DNA of 64,000 bases, taken from positions 2,812-66,811 of the forward strand of contig JBNKRV010000211.1 in NCBI GenBank assembly GCA_050296935.1, in the 5' to 3' direction. The notes below the pieces were generated by a model, which had not been told where the DNA came from, ran no database searches, and saw only the letters and a list, made by a program, of their open reading frames with translations. Positions 16,341-26,230 of the stretch are shown piece after piece (position 1 is the first letter of the stretch; each line of letters begins with the position of its first letter). Origin of the DNA: Marinilabiliaceae bacterium (GTDB lineage: Bacteria > Bacteroidota > Bacteroidia > Bacteroidales > Marinilabiliaceae). A program made the position numbers and the translations under genes.

Positions 16341-18506
16341 ATGGGAGGTAAAAAGAAGAAGAGTAAAACAAGAACCAGAGGGCTGAAAAAACACCAGATT
16401 GTTGGTTTAATACAAGGGGTGTTTTCAAATAATCCTAAAAGAACATATAACTACAAGCAGATTTCAGAGTTGCTTGAATTAAAAAAAATTTCGCTCAGAC
16501 AAACTGTTGTTGAGATTTTATATGAATTGCTTGAGAGCGGGTTTTTAACAGAGGTTGCGAAAGGAAAATTTAAGCTGCTTTCCAGAGGAGCCTTTGTTGA
16601 AGGAGTAGTTGATGCCACCAGTTCAGGTGCGGCATACATAGTTCCGAAGGATGGAGTGGGAGATGATATATTTGTTAGCCAGCAAAACCTGAAGAATGCC
16701 TTGAATGGCGATTTGGTTAAGGTGCAGGTTTTTGCCAAAAAAAGAAGGCGTTCGTTGGAGGGTGAAGTGGTGGAAGTTATTGAAAGAAAGCGTGATACTT
16801 TTGTGGGTAGGATTGAAATGTCTCAGAATTTTGCTTTTCTGGTAACGGATAAAAAAACAATGTTCAAAGACCTGTTTATTCCGCTTGAAAAGTTAAATGG
16901 GGCAAAAGGTGGACAACTCGCTGTGGGTAAGATAACTGATTGGAAGGATTATACTAAAAATCCTTTTGGAGAGATCATTGATGTACTTGGAGATGTTGGG
17001 GAAAATAATGCTGAAATCCATGCGATTCTGGCTGAATTTAATTTGCCCTATGAATATCCTCAAAAAGTAATAGAAGCAGCAGAAAAAATCGATGAGGTTA
17101 TCAGTTCTGAAGAAATAAAAGCCCGTCGTGATTTTAGAAAAATAACCACATTTACTATTGACCCCAAAGATGCCAAGGACTTTGATGATGCATTGTCTAT
17201 TCAGCAATTATCCAATGGAAACTGGGAAGTTGGTGTGCATATTGCCGATGTAACCCACTATGTAAAACCCAATTCAGTTATTGATAAGGAGGGTTTTGAA
17301 AGAGCCACATCGGTTTATTTAGTAGATCGTGTTGTACCCATGCTACCAGAACGGTTAAGTAATGGAATTTGTTCCTTACGCCCTAATGAAGAAAAGTTAT
17401 GCTTTTCGGTGGTTTTTGAATTGGATGAAGAGGCTAATTTACTGGATACCTGGTATGGAAAAACGGTAATATATAGTGATAAGAGATTTACTTATGAAGA
17501 AGCTCAGGATATTATAGAAACAGGAGAAGGTGATTTTAAGGACGAAGTGTTGACTTTAAATAAACTGGCCAAAGGTTTAAGGAAAAATAGATTTGAGAAT
17601 GGAGCCATTTCATTTGAGCGAATTGAGGTGAAATTTGACATTGATGAAAAAGGGAAACCATTAAGTGTATTTTTTAAAGAATCCAAAGAAGCTCATAAAC
17701 TCATAGAAGAGTTTATGCTTTTGGCCAATAAACGGGTTGCCGAGTATATTGGGAAGAAAGAGATATCCAAGGGAAGAGGAACAAATCCAAAAACATTCGT
17801 ATACCGTGTGCATGATAATCCGGATCCCGAAAAATTTGAAAATTTTGCACGTTTTGTGCGTCGTTTCGGTTATGAGGCAATGCCCGTTGGAGAAGAAAAA
17901 ATTAGTAGTTCAATAAACCGGCTCCTTACGCAGGTGGAAGGTAAGAAGGAACAAAATATCATTGAAACTCTGGCCATACGAACCATGGCCAAAGCGTCCT
18001 ATTCAACGCACAATGTAGGTCATTATGGTTTAGCTTTTAAACATTATTCTCATTTTACTTCACCCATCAGGCGATATCCGGATATGATGGTTCATCGTTT
18101 ATTGGAATCCTATATGGATGGCGGACGTTCGGCTAATGAAAGTAAAACTGAAGATCAGTGTAAGCACTGCTCCAAAATGGAATTGGTTGCTTCAGAGGCA
18201 GAAAGAGCTTCCATTAAATTTAAGCAGGTTGAGTTTATGAAAGAACATGTAGGAAAGGAATTTTCAGGTGTTATTTCAGGAGTTACAGAATGGGGTTTTT
18301 ATGTTGAACTGGATGAAAATAAGTGTGAAGGGATGGTTTCCATTCGTAATCTGGAGGATGACTATTATAGGTTTGACGATGAAAACTATTGTATTGTTGG
18401 TAGAAAGTATCAAAAAAAGTATCAGTTGGGAGATCAGGTTACCATATTGGTGGCCAGTGCTAACCTAATCAAAAAACAACTTGATTTTGAATTAGTAAGT
18501 GAATAA
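16341..18506 (+). CDS. rnr: ribonuclease R
   Basis: RNB catalytic domain (DPKDAKDFDDALS, HYGL..YSHFTSPIRRYPD), cold-shock-like N-terminal domains and a C-terminal S1 domain. Confidence 0.95.
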   Translation: MGGKKKKSKTRTRGLKKHQIVGLIQGVFSNNPKRTYNYKQISELLELKKISLRQTVVEILYELLESGFLTEVAKGKFKLLSRGAFVEGVVDATSSGAAYIVPKDGVGDDIFVSQQNLKNALNGDLVKVQVFAKKRRRSLEGEVVEVIERKRDTFVGRIEMSQNFAFLVTDKKTMFKDLFIPLEKLNGAKGGQLAVGKITDWKDYTKNPFGEIIDVLGDVGENNAEIHAILAEFNLPYEYPQKVIEAAEKIDEVISSEEIKARRDFRKITTFTIDPKDAKDFDDALSIQQLSNGNWEVGVHIADVTHYVKPNSVIDKEGFERATSVYLVDRVVPMLPERLSNGICSLRPNEEKLCFSVVFELDEEANLLDTWYGKTVIYSDKRFTYEEAQDIIETGEGDFKDEVLTLNKLAKGLRKNRFENGAISFERIEVKFDIDEKGKPLSVFFKESKEAHKLIEEFMLLANKRVAEYIGKKEISKGRGTNPKTFVYRVHDNPDPEKFENFARFVRRFGYEAMPVGEEKISSSINRLLTQVEGKKEQNIIETLAIRTMAKASYSTHNVGHYGLAFKHYSHFTSPIRRYPDMMVHRLLESYMDGGRSANESKTEDQCKHCSKMELVASEAERASIKFKQVEFMKEHVGKEFSGVISGVTEWGFYVELDENKCEGMVSIRNLEDDYYRFDDENYCIVGRKYQKKYQLGDQVTILVASANLIKKQLDFELVSE

Positions 18507-19209
18507 TGCAAATCTTTTTCCGAATACTCAGAGGCGATGCCCTTAAGTGTTCGGAAAGATGTATCGGGTGTAGTTGCGGTCCATCATAACAATCTCTTCC
18601 TGTTCAAAAGAAGATTTCATGGATAGTAACGAACTTGGAGCTTTTTTTTTGGAAAGCCTATAAACCACAACGTGGTTTTACAATTCGTCTAAATCGCATA
18701 ATTCATGGTTAAAAAAGAAAATCTGACTTGCTGATTATCAGATATGAATTTTTTGCCGTATTTTTTATAAACTTTAATAATTTAACAAAACCTTGATGCC
18801 CAATTATCTGCTCTGGACATGCCGGTTTTAAATGACTGAACTTTATAATCTTTTGAGATATGGAAAGCATCAGTGGTACTATATCCGGAATTTTATGTTT
18901 AAGGTAGGTTAATAGGTATAATTAATAAAAGAGCAGGGGGTAATTAGCGCTTAACTTTGGCATTTTTTATTAGTTAAATTGAAGGTGACTAATAGAAATA
19001 AATCGTTAGTTTTTGGGCATGTTGAATAATAGACAATATAATTCATTGTCTGTAAAAGTGTTGTAATTATTTGATTATAGTGTTGTTTTAATCGACTTTT
19101 ATTTATCTTGCTAGTAATATGAATTACTTTTTGTTGCCATATTATTTTTATATACCCCAACAATTAGCTAATTTTGTGAATCAAGTAAGATATTAATTTT
19201 CAAAAACTT

Positions 19210-19809
19210 ATGATAAGCGAAAATCTTAATTACAACGAAACAGTACGCGTATCAATTTTAGATGCAGCAAGAGTTCTTTTTGCCAAATTTGGCTATAAGA
19301 AAACAACTATGGAGGATATTGCACAGGAGCTACATAAGGGAAAGAGTTCTTTGTATTATTATTTTAAAAATAAAGAAGAAATATTTCAGGCAGTTATCGA
19401 CTGGGAGCAAGGCGTTTTGTTGTCTAAACTTCATGATATTGTTGAATCTGATTTAAATCCCAAAGATAAACTCAATGAATATGTGCTGATTCGAATGAAA
19501 ACCATTAGTGAGCTTGAAAATTATTTTAAAGCATTAACTGATGAAAGATTTGGCGGACTTGAGTTTGTTAAAAAGGTAAAAGAGAGTAGTGAGAAGGAAG
19601 AGGTAGATATGATTCAAAAGATTCTTCAGGCAGGAATTGAAGATGAATCATTTCAAATAAAAAATACATACATGGGAGCTATGGCAATTGCTCTTTCTTT
19701 AAAAGGTGTTGAAATACCTATGTTTTCAGCTACCAATAAGTATGAAGATATGGTTGAACAAGTTCAAAATGTAATGAATATTTTATTTTTCGGCTTAATA
19801 AAAAGGTAA
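19210..19809 (+). CDS. TetR/AcrR family transcriptional regulator
   Basis: N-terminal HTH FAKFGYKKTTMEDIAQELHKGKSSLYYYFKNKEEIF. Confidence 0.9.
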   Translation: MISENLNYNETVRVSILDAARVLFAKFGYKKTTMEDIAQELHKGKSSLYYYFKNKEEIFQAVIDWEQGVLLSKLHDIVESDLNPKDKLNEYVLIRMKTISELENYFKALTDERFGGLEFVKKVKESSEKEEVDMIQKILQAGIEDESFQIKNTYMGAMAIALSLKGVEIPMFSATNKYEDMVEQVQNVMNILFFGLIKR

Positions 19810-19833
19810 AATGTCATTGTAATTGAAAAATTT

Positions 19834-19860
19834 AGGCCGTACTTTACGGCCTTTGTTATT
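19834..19860 (+). terminator. hairpin AGGCCGTA-CTT-TACGGCCT plus T-rich tail
   Basis: 8-bp GC-rich stem directly after the TetR stop. Confidence 0.6.
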
Positions 19861-19874
19861 TAAAACGAATTATT

Positions 19875-20792
19875 ATGCCCATTAAAATTCCAGATAAACT
19901 TCCTGCCAAAAGTGTTCTTGAAGGTGAGAACGTTTTTATAATGGATGAGAGTAGAGCGATGCATCAGGATATTAGACCATTAAGGATTGTTGTGTTTAAT
20001 TTAATGCCACTGAAAATCACTACTGAAGCACAAATAATGCGAGTGCTTTCTAATACACCACTTCAGGTTGAAGTGGATTTGTTAATGACAAGATCACATG
20101 CACCATCCAATACACCCAAGGAGCACTTGCTGAACTTTTATAAGACTTTTGAACAAGTCAGAAAGAATAAATACGATGGTATGATTATTACCGGTGCACC
20201 AGTTGAACATCTGGAGTTTGATGAAGTAACATACTGGGACGAATTGAAAGATATTATGGAGTGGAGCCGGCGGAATGTCACCAGCACACTTCATATTTGC
20301 TGGGGTGCGCAGGCTGGATTATATTATCATTATGGTATTCCAAAGCATCCATTGGCTGAAAAGTTATTTGGTGTATTTGAGCATGAAGTAAAGGATTCAA
20401 AGGAACCTCTGATGAGAGGGTTTGATGATGTTTTTTATGCCCCTCATTCCAGATTTACAGGAGTAAGACAAAAGGATATTAATAAAGTTCAGGGACTTAA
20501 GGTCTTAGCTGATTCAAAGGATGCCGGCATACATATTGTAATCTCTCCGGATAAGCGATTGATTTTTATTACCGGACATGCTGAGTATGATCCGTTTACC
20601 CTAAAAGAAGAGTATTATCGTGATCTGGAAAAAGGAGATAATATAACAATACCTAAAAATTATTTTCCTGATGATGATACTTCAAAGGAACCTGTTGTCC
20701 GGTGGAGAAGTCACGCTAGTCTGTTGTTTACTAATTGGTTGAATTACTACGTGTATCAGGAAACTCCTTATGATTTTGTTGAGTTACATTAA
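19875..20792 (+). CDS. metA: homoserine O-acyltransferase (MetA family)
   Basis: [11 protein letters not shown] start, NLMP.K..TE motif, and ICWGAQA with the catalytic Cys context. Confidence 0.9.
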   Translation: MPIKIPDKLPAKSVLEGENVFIMDESRAMHQDIRPLRIVVFNLMPLKITTEAQIMRVLSNTPLQVEVDLLMTRSHAPSNTPKEHLLNFYKTFEQVRKNKYDGMIITGAPVEHLEFDEVTYWDELKDIMEWSRRNVTSTLHICWGAQAGLYYHYGIPKHPLAEKLFGVFEHEVKDSKEPLMRGFDDVFYAPHSRFTGVRQKDINKVQGLKVLADSKDAGIHIVISPDKRLIFITGHAEYDPFTLKEEYYRDLEKGDNITIPKNYFPDDDTSKEPVVRWRSHASLLFTNWLNYYVYQETPYDFVELH

Positions 20793-20942
20793 TGAATTTT
20801 GTTACCATAATAGTAAGGATTTTAAAAAAGTAGTATAATATTAATTGAAATTGTAATTTGTTCTTTTAATGACTTTTCCCCATGAAAAAAAATGGAAAAT
20901 TATTTTAATTTTGAAAGGCATTAATTATTAAAATAAATACAA

Positions 20943-21320
20943 ATGAATATTCCTGAGAATTTAAAGTATACAAAAGATCACGAGTGGGTTTTAGTCGAAG
21001 GCGATAAAGCTACTGTAGGTATTACAGATTTTGCCCAAGGAGAATTGGGTGATATTGTTTTTGTTGAAATTGAAACCGAAGGAGAGAATCTTGAAAAAGA
21101 AGAAGTATTTGGTACAATTGAGGCAGTGAAAACGGTGTCTGATTTATATATGCCGGTTTCGGGTAAGGTTTTAGAGGTTAATCCTGAACTTGAAAGAAAT
21201 CCTGAGCTGGTAAATAAAGAGCCTTATAAAGGAGGTTGGATGGTGAAAATTCAAGCTGATAATGCTGCAGATTTTGATCAGTTACTAACTGCAAATCAGT
21301 ATCAGGAGTTAATAGGATAG
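20943..21320 (+). CDS. gcvH: glycine cleavage system protein H
   Basis: YTKDHEW ... [12 protein letters not shown] lipoyl-lysine motif. Length 125 aa. Confidence 0.95.
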   Translation: MNIPENLKYTKDHEWVLVEGDKATVGITDFAQGELGDIVFVEIETEGENLEKEEVFGTIEAVKTVSDLYMPVSGKVLEVNPELERNPELVNKEPYKGGWMVKIQADNAADFDQLLTANQYQELIG

Positions 21321-21343
21321 CATTTAAAAAAAATATCAAAATA

Positions 21344-21380
21344 AAAAGCCTGAAGAGATTCTCTTCAGGCTTTTTGTTTT
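21344..21380 (+). terminator. intrinsic terminator after gcvH
   Basis: GCCTGAAGAG-ATT-CTCTTCAGGC followed by TTTTTGTTTT. Confidence 0.8.
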
Positions 21381-21395
21381 GATATTAACCTGATT

Positions 21396-21445
21396 TCGAC
21401 ATGAAACATTGTTCTATCGAATACCTTATAAATAAATATTTATGA
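21396..21445 (-). repeat. partial inverted copy of repeat family 3
   Basis: The reverse complement TATAAGGTATTCGATAGAACAATGTTTCATGTCGA aligns with 57268-57300 and 49591-49623. Confidence 0.5.
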
Positions 21446-21480
21446 GGAAAATGCTAAAAATTTTAATCGAACAAAGGTTG

Positions 21481-22062
21481 TTAATTCTTCAGCGCTTTTA
21501 AGATGTTTTTTACCGACATTCTGTTTTTATAATTTTCATCAAAGAAGGCATTTTTGATTTTGCCATCCTTACCTATAATATAAGTCGCCGGCACAGGAAG
21601 TGCATTGTCGTTATTTCCGCTTGCTTCATTTATGTCAATTCCCCAACCTTTATATAATGCATTTTTTGCCTTCGAAAGAAGGAAAGTCACATGGTATAAA
21701 TCCATAATCTGATGGTTTTTATCGTAAATAATAGGGAAGTTGGCTTGTGTCTTTTCAATTGTTTTCTTTATCTCCTCAGGTTTTTCAGGTGTTATGGCAA
21801 TTACTGTAGCTCCTAAATCATATATTAATTGAATAGAATCTTGTAGTTCGCTCATTTGTTTATTGCAATAGGGACACCATTGACCTCTGTAAAACAGTAA
21901 AACGACTGGCTTTCCCTTTAAGGTTTCTTCTAAGTTAAACGGATTATTTTTGAAAGTAATAGCTGAGAAATGAGGTGCTTTTGTTCCAATCTCCAATTGT
22001 TGTTGAGTAAAACTACTCTGATAGACAAAAATTATTGCCATCAATAAAAGTAAATATTTCAT
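21481..22062 (-). CDS. secreted thioredoxin-fold protein (AhpC/TSA / redoxin family)
   Basis: Signal peptide, WCPYC redox motif and redoxin-like layout. Confidence 0.8.
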   Translation of the reverse strand: MKYLLLLMAIIFVYQSSFTQQQLEIGTKAPHFSAITFKNNPFNLEETLKGKPVVLLFYRGQWCPYCNKQMSELQDSIQLIYDLGATVIAITPEKPEEIKKTIEKTQANFPIIYDKNHQIMDLYHVTFLLSKAKNALYKGWGIDINEASGNNDNALPVPATYIIGKDGKIKNAFFDENYKNRMSVKNILKALKN

Positions 22063-22121
22063 GTTATAAATCTTTTGTTTGTTAATTGGACGAATCTTTT
22101 GAAAATACTGACAGAATAAAA

Positions 22122-22153
22122 TAAAAAAAGGCAGATAAAATTTATCTGCCTTT
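22122..22153 (-). terminator. intrinsic terminator downstream of aroA
   Basis: GGCAGATAA / TTATCTGCC stem, followed on the minus strand by a T7 run. Confidence 0.75.
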
Positions 22154-22179
22154 AACCGTGATACTATGGTGTGGTTTAT

Positions 22180-23400
22180 CTATTTTTTTGAGAAGCCATA
22201 TTCAGTCAGATGATCCCAGTATCTGGGGTATGATTTTGACACAACAGCAGGATCTTCAATTATCAGGTCACCAATTATTGAGGCTGCAGGAGCAAAGGCC
22301 ATAGCCATTCTGTGATCTTTGTATGTCTTAATGCCTGGAACCTCATCTTTTTCGCAAGTTTCTCCATCCCAGATTAAATTATCAATTTGGTTTGATTGTA
22401 AAACAAAGCCCATTTTTCTTAATTCATCAATAAGGGCATTTATCCTGTCAGTTTCTTTGATTTTTAATGTCTGAAGTCCAGTGAAATTAAATGGGATACC
22501 TAGGCAACAACAGGTAACAGCGAATGTTTGTGCCAGGTCAGGTTGTTCAATAAAATTGTAGTTAAATTGCTTCACCACATCACCGGTGTGTTTTAGAGTT
22601 AGTCCTTTATTGGAAAACCTGGAATTAACTCCAAGTTGTTGGAATAGTTCTGCAACCTTCGAATCACCTTGTTCACTATATCTTTTTACACCTTTTAAAA
22701 TAAGCTCGCTTCCTTTGTTCAAAGCCGCTATTTCAAACCAGTATGATGCAGCACTCCAATCTGCCTCAACAGTAAATTCAGTGGCATTGTAATTTCCTTC
22801 CGGTACTGAAATAACGTTTCCTTTCCATTCACTTTTAATTCCGAATGTTTCCATCATCTTAAGAGTTAGTGAGATGTAGGGTCTTGAAATTATTTCTCCC
22901 GTTAAAGTAAGATTAAGCCCGTTTTTCATGGTTGGTCCTATCATCAGTAATGCTGATATATACTGACTGCTAACATCTCCGGCAAGTTCCAGGTCACCAC
23001 CTTCAAGCGCACTTCCAAAAATCTTTAATGGAGGGTATCCTTCTTTTTCAACGTATTCTATTTTTGCACCAAGTTTATTTAAGGCTTCCACCAATATTTT
23101 TATCGGACGCTGTTTCATTCTTTCAGAACCTGTAATGGTCCATTCGCCAACTATTTTCGATAAAAATGCAGTTAGAAAGCGCATAGTGGTACCAGCAGCA
23201 CCTACGTCAAAAGTATTGCCTTCTGATTGTAAGGCTTTTATTAAAAGCTGAGTATCATCACTATCAGATAAGTTTTTAATTGGTAATGCGCTGTATGCTA
23301 GTGCATTTAAAATAAGAGCCCTGTTACTAATACTCTTGGATGTGGGTAAAGCAACTGTATATGAGTTTGTTATTGATGGAGCAGAAATTAAATATTGCAT
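22180..23400 (-). CDS. aroA: 3-phosphoshikimate 1-carboxyvinyltransferase (EPSP synthase)
   Basis: LPTSKSISNRALIL, GAAGTTMRFL and KETDRI motifs. Confidence 0.9.
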   Translation of the reverse strand: MQYLISAPSITNSYTVALPTSKSISNRALILNALAYSALPIKNLSDSDDTQLLIKALQSEGNTFDVGAAGTTMRFLTAFLSKIVGEWTITGSERMKQRPIKILVEALNKLGAKIEYVEKEGYPPLKIFGSALEGGDLELAGDVSSQYISALLMIGPTMKNGLNLTLTGEIISRPYISLTLKMMETFGIKSEWKGNVISVPEGNYNATEFTVEADWSAASYWFEIAALNKGSELILKGVKRYSEQGDSKVAELFQQLGVNSRFSNKGLTLKHTGDVVKQFNYNFIEQPDLAQTFAVTCCCLGIPFNFTGLQTLKIKETDRINALIDELRKMGFVLQSNQIDNLIWDGETCEKDEVPGIKTYKDHRMAMAFAPAASIIGDLIIEDPAVVSKSYPRYWDHLTEYGFSKK

Positions 23401-23407
23401 ATTGAGA

Positions 23408-24475
23408 TTAAAGGTTTTTGTAATAAGTTAAGGCTTCAATGATTTCCTCTTTGGAACAAGTTTGGTTTATCTGAATCTGTCCGATATTTTCGAGAAGGGT
23501 AAAGTTGATTTTATTCTTTTCATTTTTCTTATCATGAGTCATCAAATAGAATAAGTCATCAAAATCATCATCATCGAAATCAAATTTACCGTAAATGGAT
23601 TCTATTAATTGCGTAATCTCCTTTAGTTTTGCCATTGGAAATCCACATTTTTTATTGCCCAGATATAATTCAGGAATAATACCGTATGCTACGGCATATC
23701 CATGCAATATCGGGCGGTTGGTTTTCATGGCATAGCTTTCAAAAGCATGGCCTATCGTATGTCCGAAATTGAGGGATTTACGAACATTTTGTTCTGTTGG
23801 ATCTGCCTTAACAAAATGCTCTTTGATATGAATGGAGTTAATTACCAGATCTTTTAAGGCTTCGAAGTCCGGGTTTTGTATGTCAAATGCTTTAAGAGTA
23901 TTCCAATCCTTATCAGAATATATGAGTGCATGTTTAATCATCTCTGCAAAACCGGAAGCTATATTTTCCTGATCCTGAGTTTTAATGAATTCATTATCAA
24001 CCAGAACGGCAGTGGCATGTTTAAATGCACCAATTTCATTTTTAAAGTTATGAAAGTTTATTCCTGTTTTTCCGCCAACACTTGCGTCCACCTGACTTAA
24101 TAGCGTTGTGGGAATGTTTATGAAATTTATTCCTCGTTTAAAAGTCGCTGCAGCAAAACCACCCAGGTCACAGGGCATTCCACCTGCAAGGTTAATTAAT
24201 GTAGATTTTCTATCGGCTCCATGGGTGCTTAGAAATTCCCAAACCTTTGAAATGGCTTTGATGTTTTTATTCTGATCGCCTTGTTCAATGACTATGATGT
24301 TGTCTTCATCTATATCCGCCATCCCTTTTAGCCTGGGGTAGCAGTATTGGTATGAACCGGAATCCACAAGCAGAAAAACTTTGCCATTGTTGTACTTTTG
24401 AATTAGCTCAGAAAGGTCTTTCTTTAAATCTTCTGCTCCATAAACCCTTGATTCACTCTCTTCAATTATGTGCAT
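23408..24475 (-). CDS. aroB: 3-dehydroquinate synthase
   Basis: GGGMPCDLGGFAAATFKRGI..IPTTLLSQVDASVGGKTG signature. The ATG at 24475 is preferred over the TTG at 24508. Confidence 0.9.
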   Translation of the reverse strand: MHIIEESESRVYGAEDLKKDLSELIQKYNNGKVFLLVDSGSYQYCYPRLKGMADIDEDNIIVIEQGDQNKNIKAISKVWEFLSTHGADRKSTLINLAGGMPCDLGGFAAATFKRGINFINIPTTLLSQVDASVGGKTGINFHNFKNEIGAFKHATAVLVDNEFIKTQDQENIASGFAEMIKHALIYSDKDWNTLKAFDIQNPDFEALKDLVINSIHIKEHFVKADPTEQNVRKSLNFGHTIGHAFESYAMKTNRPILHGYAVAYGIIPELYLGNKKCGFPMAKLKEITQLIESIYGKFDFDDDDFDDLFYLMTHDKKNEKNKINFTLLENIGQIQINQTCSKEEIIEALTYYKNL

Positions 24476-24752
24476 TAACTTATTTTTTGTAGAAAAATTT
24501 TGCGTCAAAAATAAATAAAAAAGGAGTTTGTAGCACTAATTAGTTAGCAAAATATGGGCTTTTATTTTGATATATTTATATCTTCATTAAAAATGCTTCA
24601 AATTGTAACTTATTATCAACTTTGTGCTTTGTTGCAATTGTAGTTTTTTTACTTTTATAGGAACAAAAAATAGTGAGTTGTATTTATATTGAAATGTAAC
24701 GATAAGGTTTATTTTTCAGTTTGAAAAAAGAACATACAGAAATATATCATTA

Positions 24753-25199
24753 ATGAATAATAAGAAAACAGCAGGAAGAATTCAACTTTTGTTTACACTT
24801 GGTATTATATTACTTTCATGTTTATTGATTTGTAGTATAACCATAGAAGCTCTTGAGATTAGTGTTATTCAGTGGGGGAGTGGGATTTTAGCAATATTAT
24901 TACTGATTTTTTTTATTGCCGGAGGGTATTATTATATAGAATTATCAGCAGAGAAAGAGTTTATTGAAATAAAATTTTACAATATTTTCCCCTTTGCAAG
25001 AGAATTTAAAATGTATCGAATTCCTGTTTCTTCATTTATTAAGTATGAAATCAAGGGAAGTCGTTTCTATAAACAGAAACTGATAATGTATCAAATGTCA
25101 TCAAGTCAATTGGCAAAATATCCACCAGTTTATATTGCTGCGTTTTCAAATAATGACTTAAGAAATCTGGAATCTTTTTTTGCAAAACTCAAAAGCTAA
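24753..25199 (+). CDS. hypothetical membrane protein
   Basis: 148-aa ORF with two N-terminal TM helices. No family was recognised. Confidence 0.5.
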   Translation: MNNKKTAGRIQLLFTLGIILLSCLLICSITIEALEISVIQWGSGILAILLLIFFIAGGYYYIELSAEKEFIEIKFYNIFPFAREFKMYRIPVSSFIKYEIKGSRFYKQKLIMYQMSSSQLAKYPPVYIAAFSNNDLRNLESFFAKLKS

Positions 25200-25336
25200 G
25201 GCATGATTTGTGCCTTTGAAAGGATCATATAAATACCATAATAATTATATGAGTTTGGATGTTTTTATGATATTGACGATTTGATGTGCATTTGAAAGGC
25301 TGCTTACATTTTTAATTTATCCTTTTTTGGTAGAGG

Positions 25337-26230
25337 TTAATTACGTTGGTTTAAAATCTCTTTTGTTACCTGTATAGAGTCACGTGATATGGAATACACC
25401 CTGAAGAATCCTCTGGCTCCATTACTTATATTGGTTGGAACATTGGCCGGAGGTCCGCTGAATAGTGGTATTTTTAATCCGGTTTCCTCATGAACCGCTG
25501 AAATAAAGTCGTAATAATCTTCATTGATGGTTTGCATTTCTAATGTTACCCAGTCTCCCTCTTTTAGTTCATAATCTGTTTTTTTGCCTTCCCCATCTTC
25601 CTCCACAATACTTTGAACCGATTTGCCGTTAATATCGTTTCCATTAAAATAGTCATCATTAAAAACTTCAATATCAGATATTTTAGAGGATACTAATGCG
25701 TTGTTTAAGTATACCAAAAATGCATAAGAATCTCCTGGCTCTTCGTTGTCTTTTGAGAATAACTTAACCAGCCACTGTTTTTGCCCTTGAGTCAAACTCC
25801 AGGAAAGGTCAACGGCGTCAACCCGTGTTGCAGGTTTTAAAATATTTGAAGCCTGGTGATTTTCTTCAATGCCATCATTATTTATATCTATACCCGTAAT
25901 TTCGATGGTATATTTTCGACCATAAAATGCTTTAAAACCGGCCGGAATTATATACCAGCCTTCATGTAAAGAGGATTCATGGAGGGTAATGGTGTTGTAT
26001 CCATCCGAAAACAGAATATGAGCCCCAGATACTGCAGGGTTTTGTTCGTTGGAGAAATAATCTGCAGTAACAGATAATTTCACCCAATGATCAATAGGTT
26101 GGTCAGTAAATACAGCATCAACAATTAATTCTTTTTTACCTGTTTTAAGGTTAAGATCAATTTCTTCAGTGCAGGATATTGTGAATACAACGGATATATA
26201 TATAATACTTTTCACTAGGGTGTTCATCAT
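25337..26230 (-). CDS. DUF4249-type lipoprotein, partner of the upstream TonB-dependent receptor
   Basis: Lipoprotein signal (VVFTISC). Size and position immediately downstream of a CarboxypepD_reg-type TonB-dependent receptor are typical of DUF4249. Confidence 0.7.
   Translation of the reverse strand: MMNTLVKSIIYISVVFTISCTEEIDLNLKTGKKELIVDAVFTDQPIDHWVKLSVTADYFSNEQNPAVSGAHILFSDGYNTITLHESSLHEGWYIIPAGFKAFYGRKYTIEITGIDINNDGIEENHQASNILKPATRVDAVDLSWSLTQGQKQWLVKLFSKDNEEPGDSYAFLVYLNNALVSSKISDIEVFNDDYFNGNDINGKSVQSIVEEDGEGKKTDYELKEGDWVTLEMQTINEDYYDFISAVHEETGLKIPLFSGPPANVPTNISNGARGFFRVYSISRDSIQVTKEILNQRN

Noticed and set aside
18507-18700. GC-richer stretch after rnr with the hairpin TTTCCGAA...TTCGGAAA and a T9 run, as a possible sRNA.
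   Set aside because: The hairpin and the T-run are about 80 nt apart. No promoter is evident, and there is no similarity to the other repeat families beyond a short TATAGGCTTTC-like match. The evidence is too weak to call.
20793-20942. Possible glycine riboswitch upstream of gcvH, or a SAM riboswitch upstream of metA.
   Set aside because: The leaders are short and AT-rich and lack the conserved GC-rich cores of those riboswitch classes. The metA upstream gap of 65 nt is occupied by the TetR terminator.
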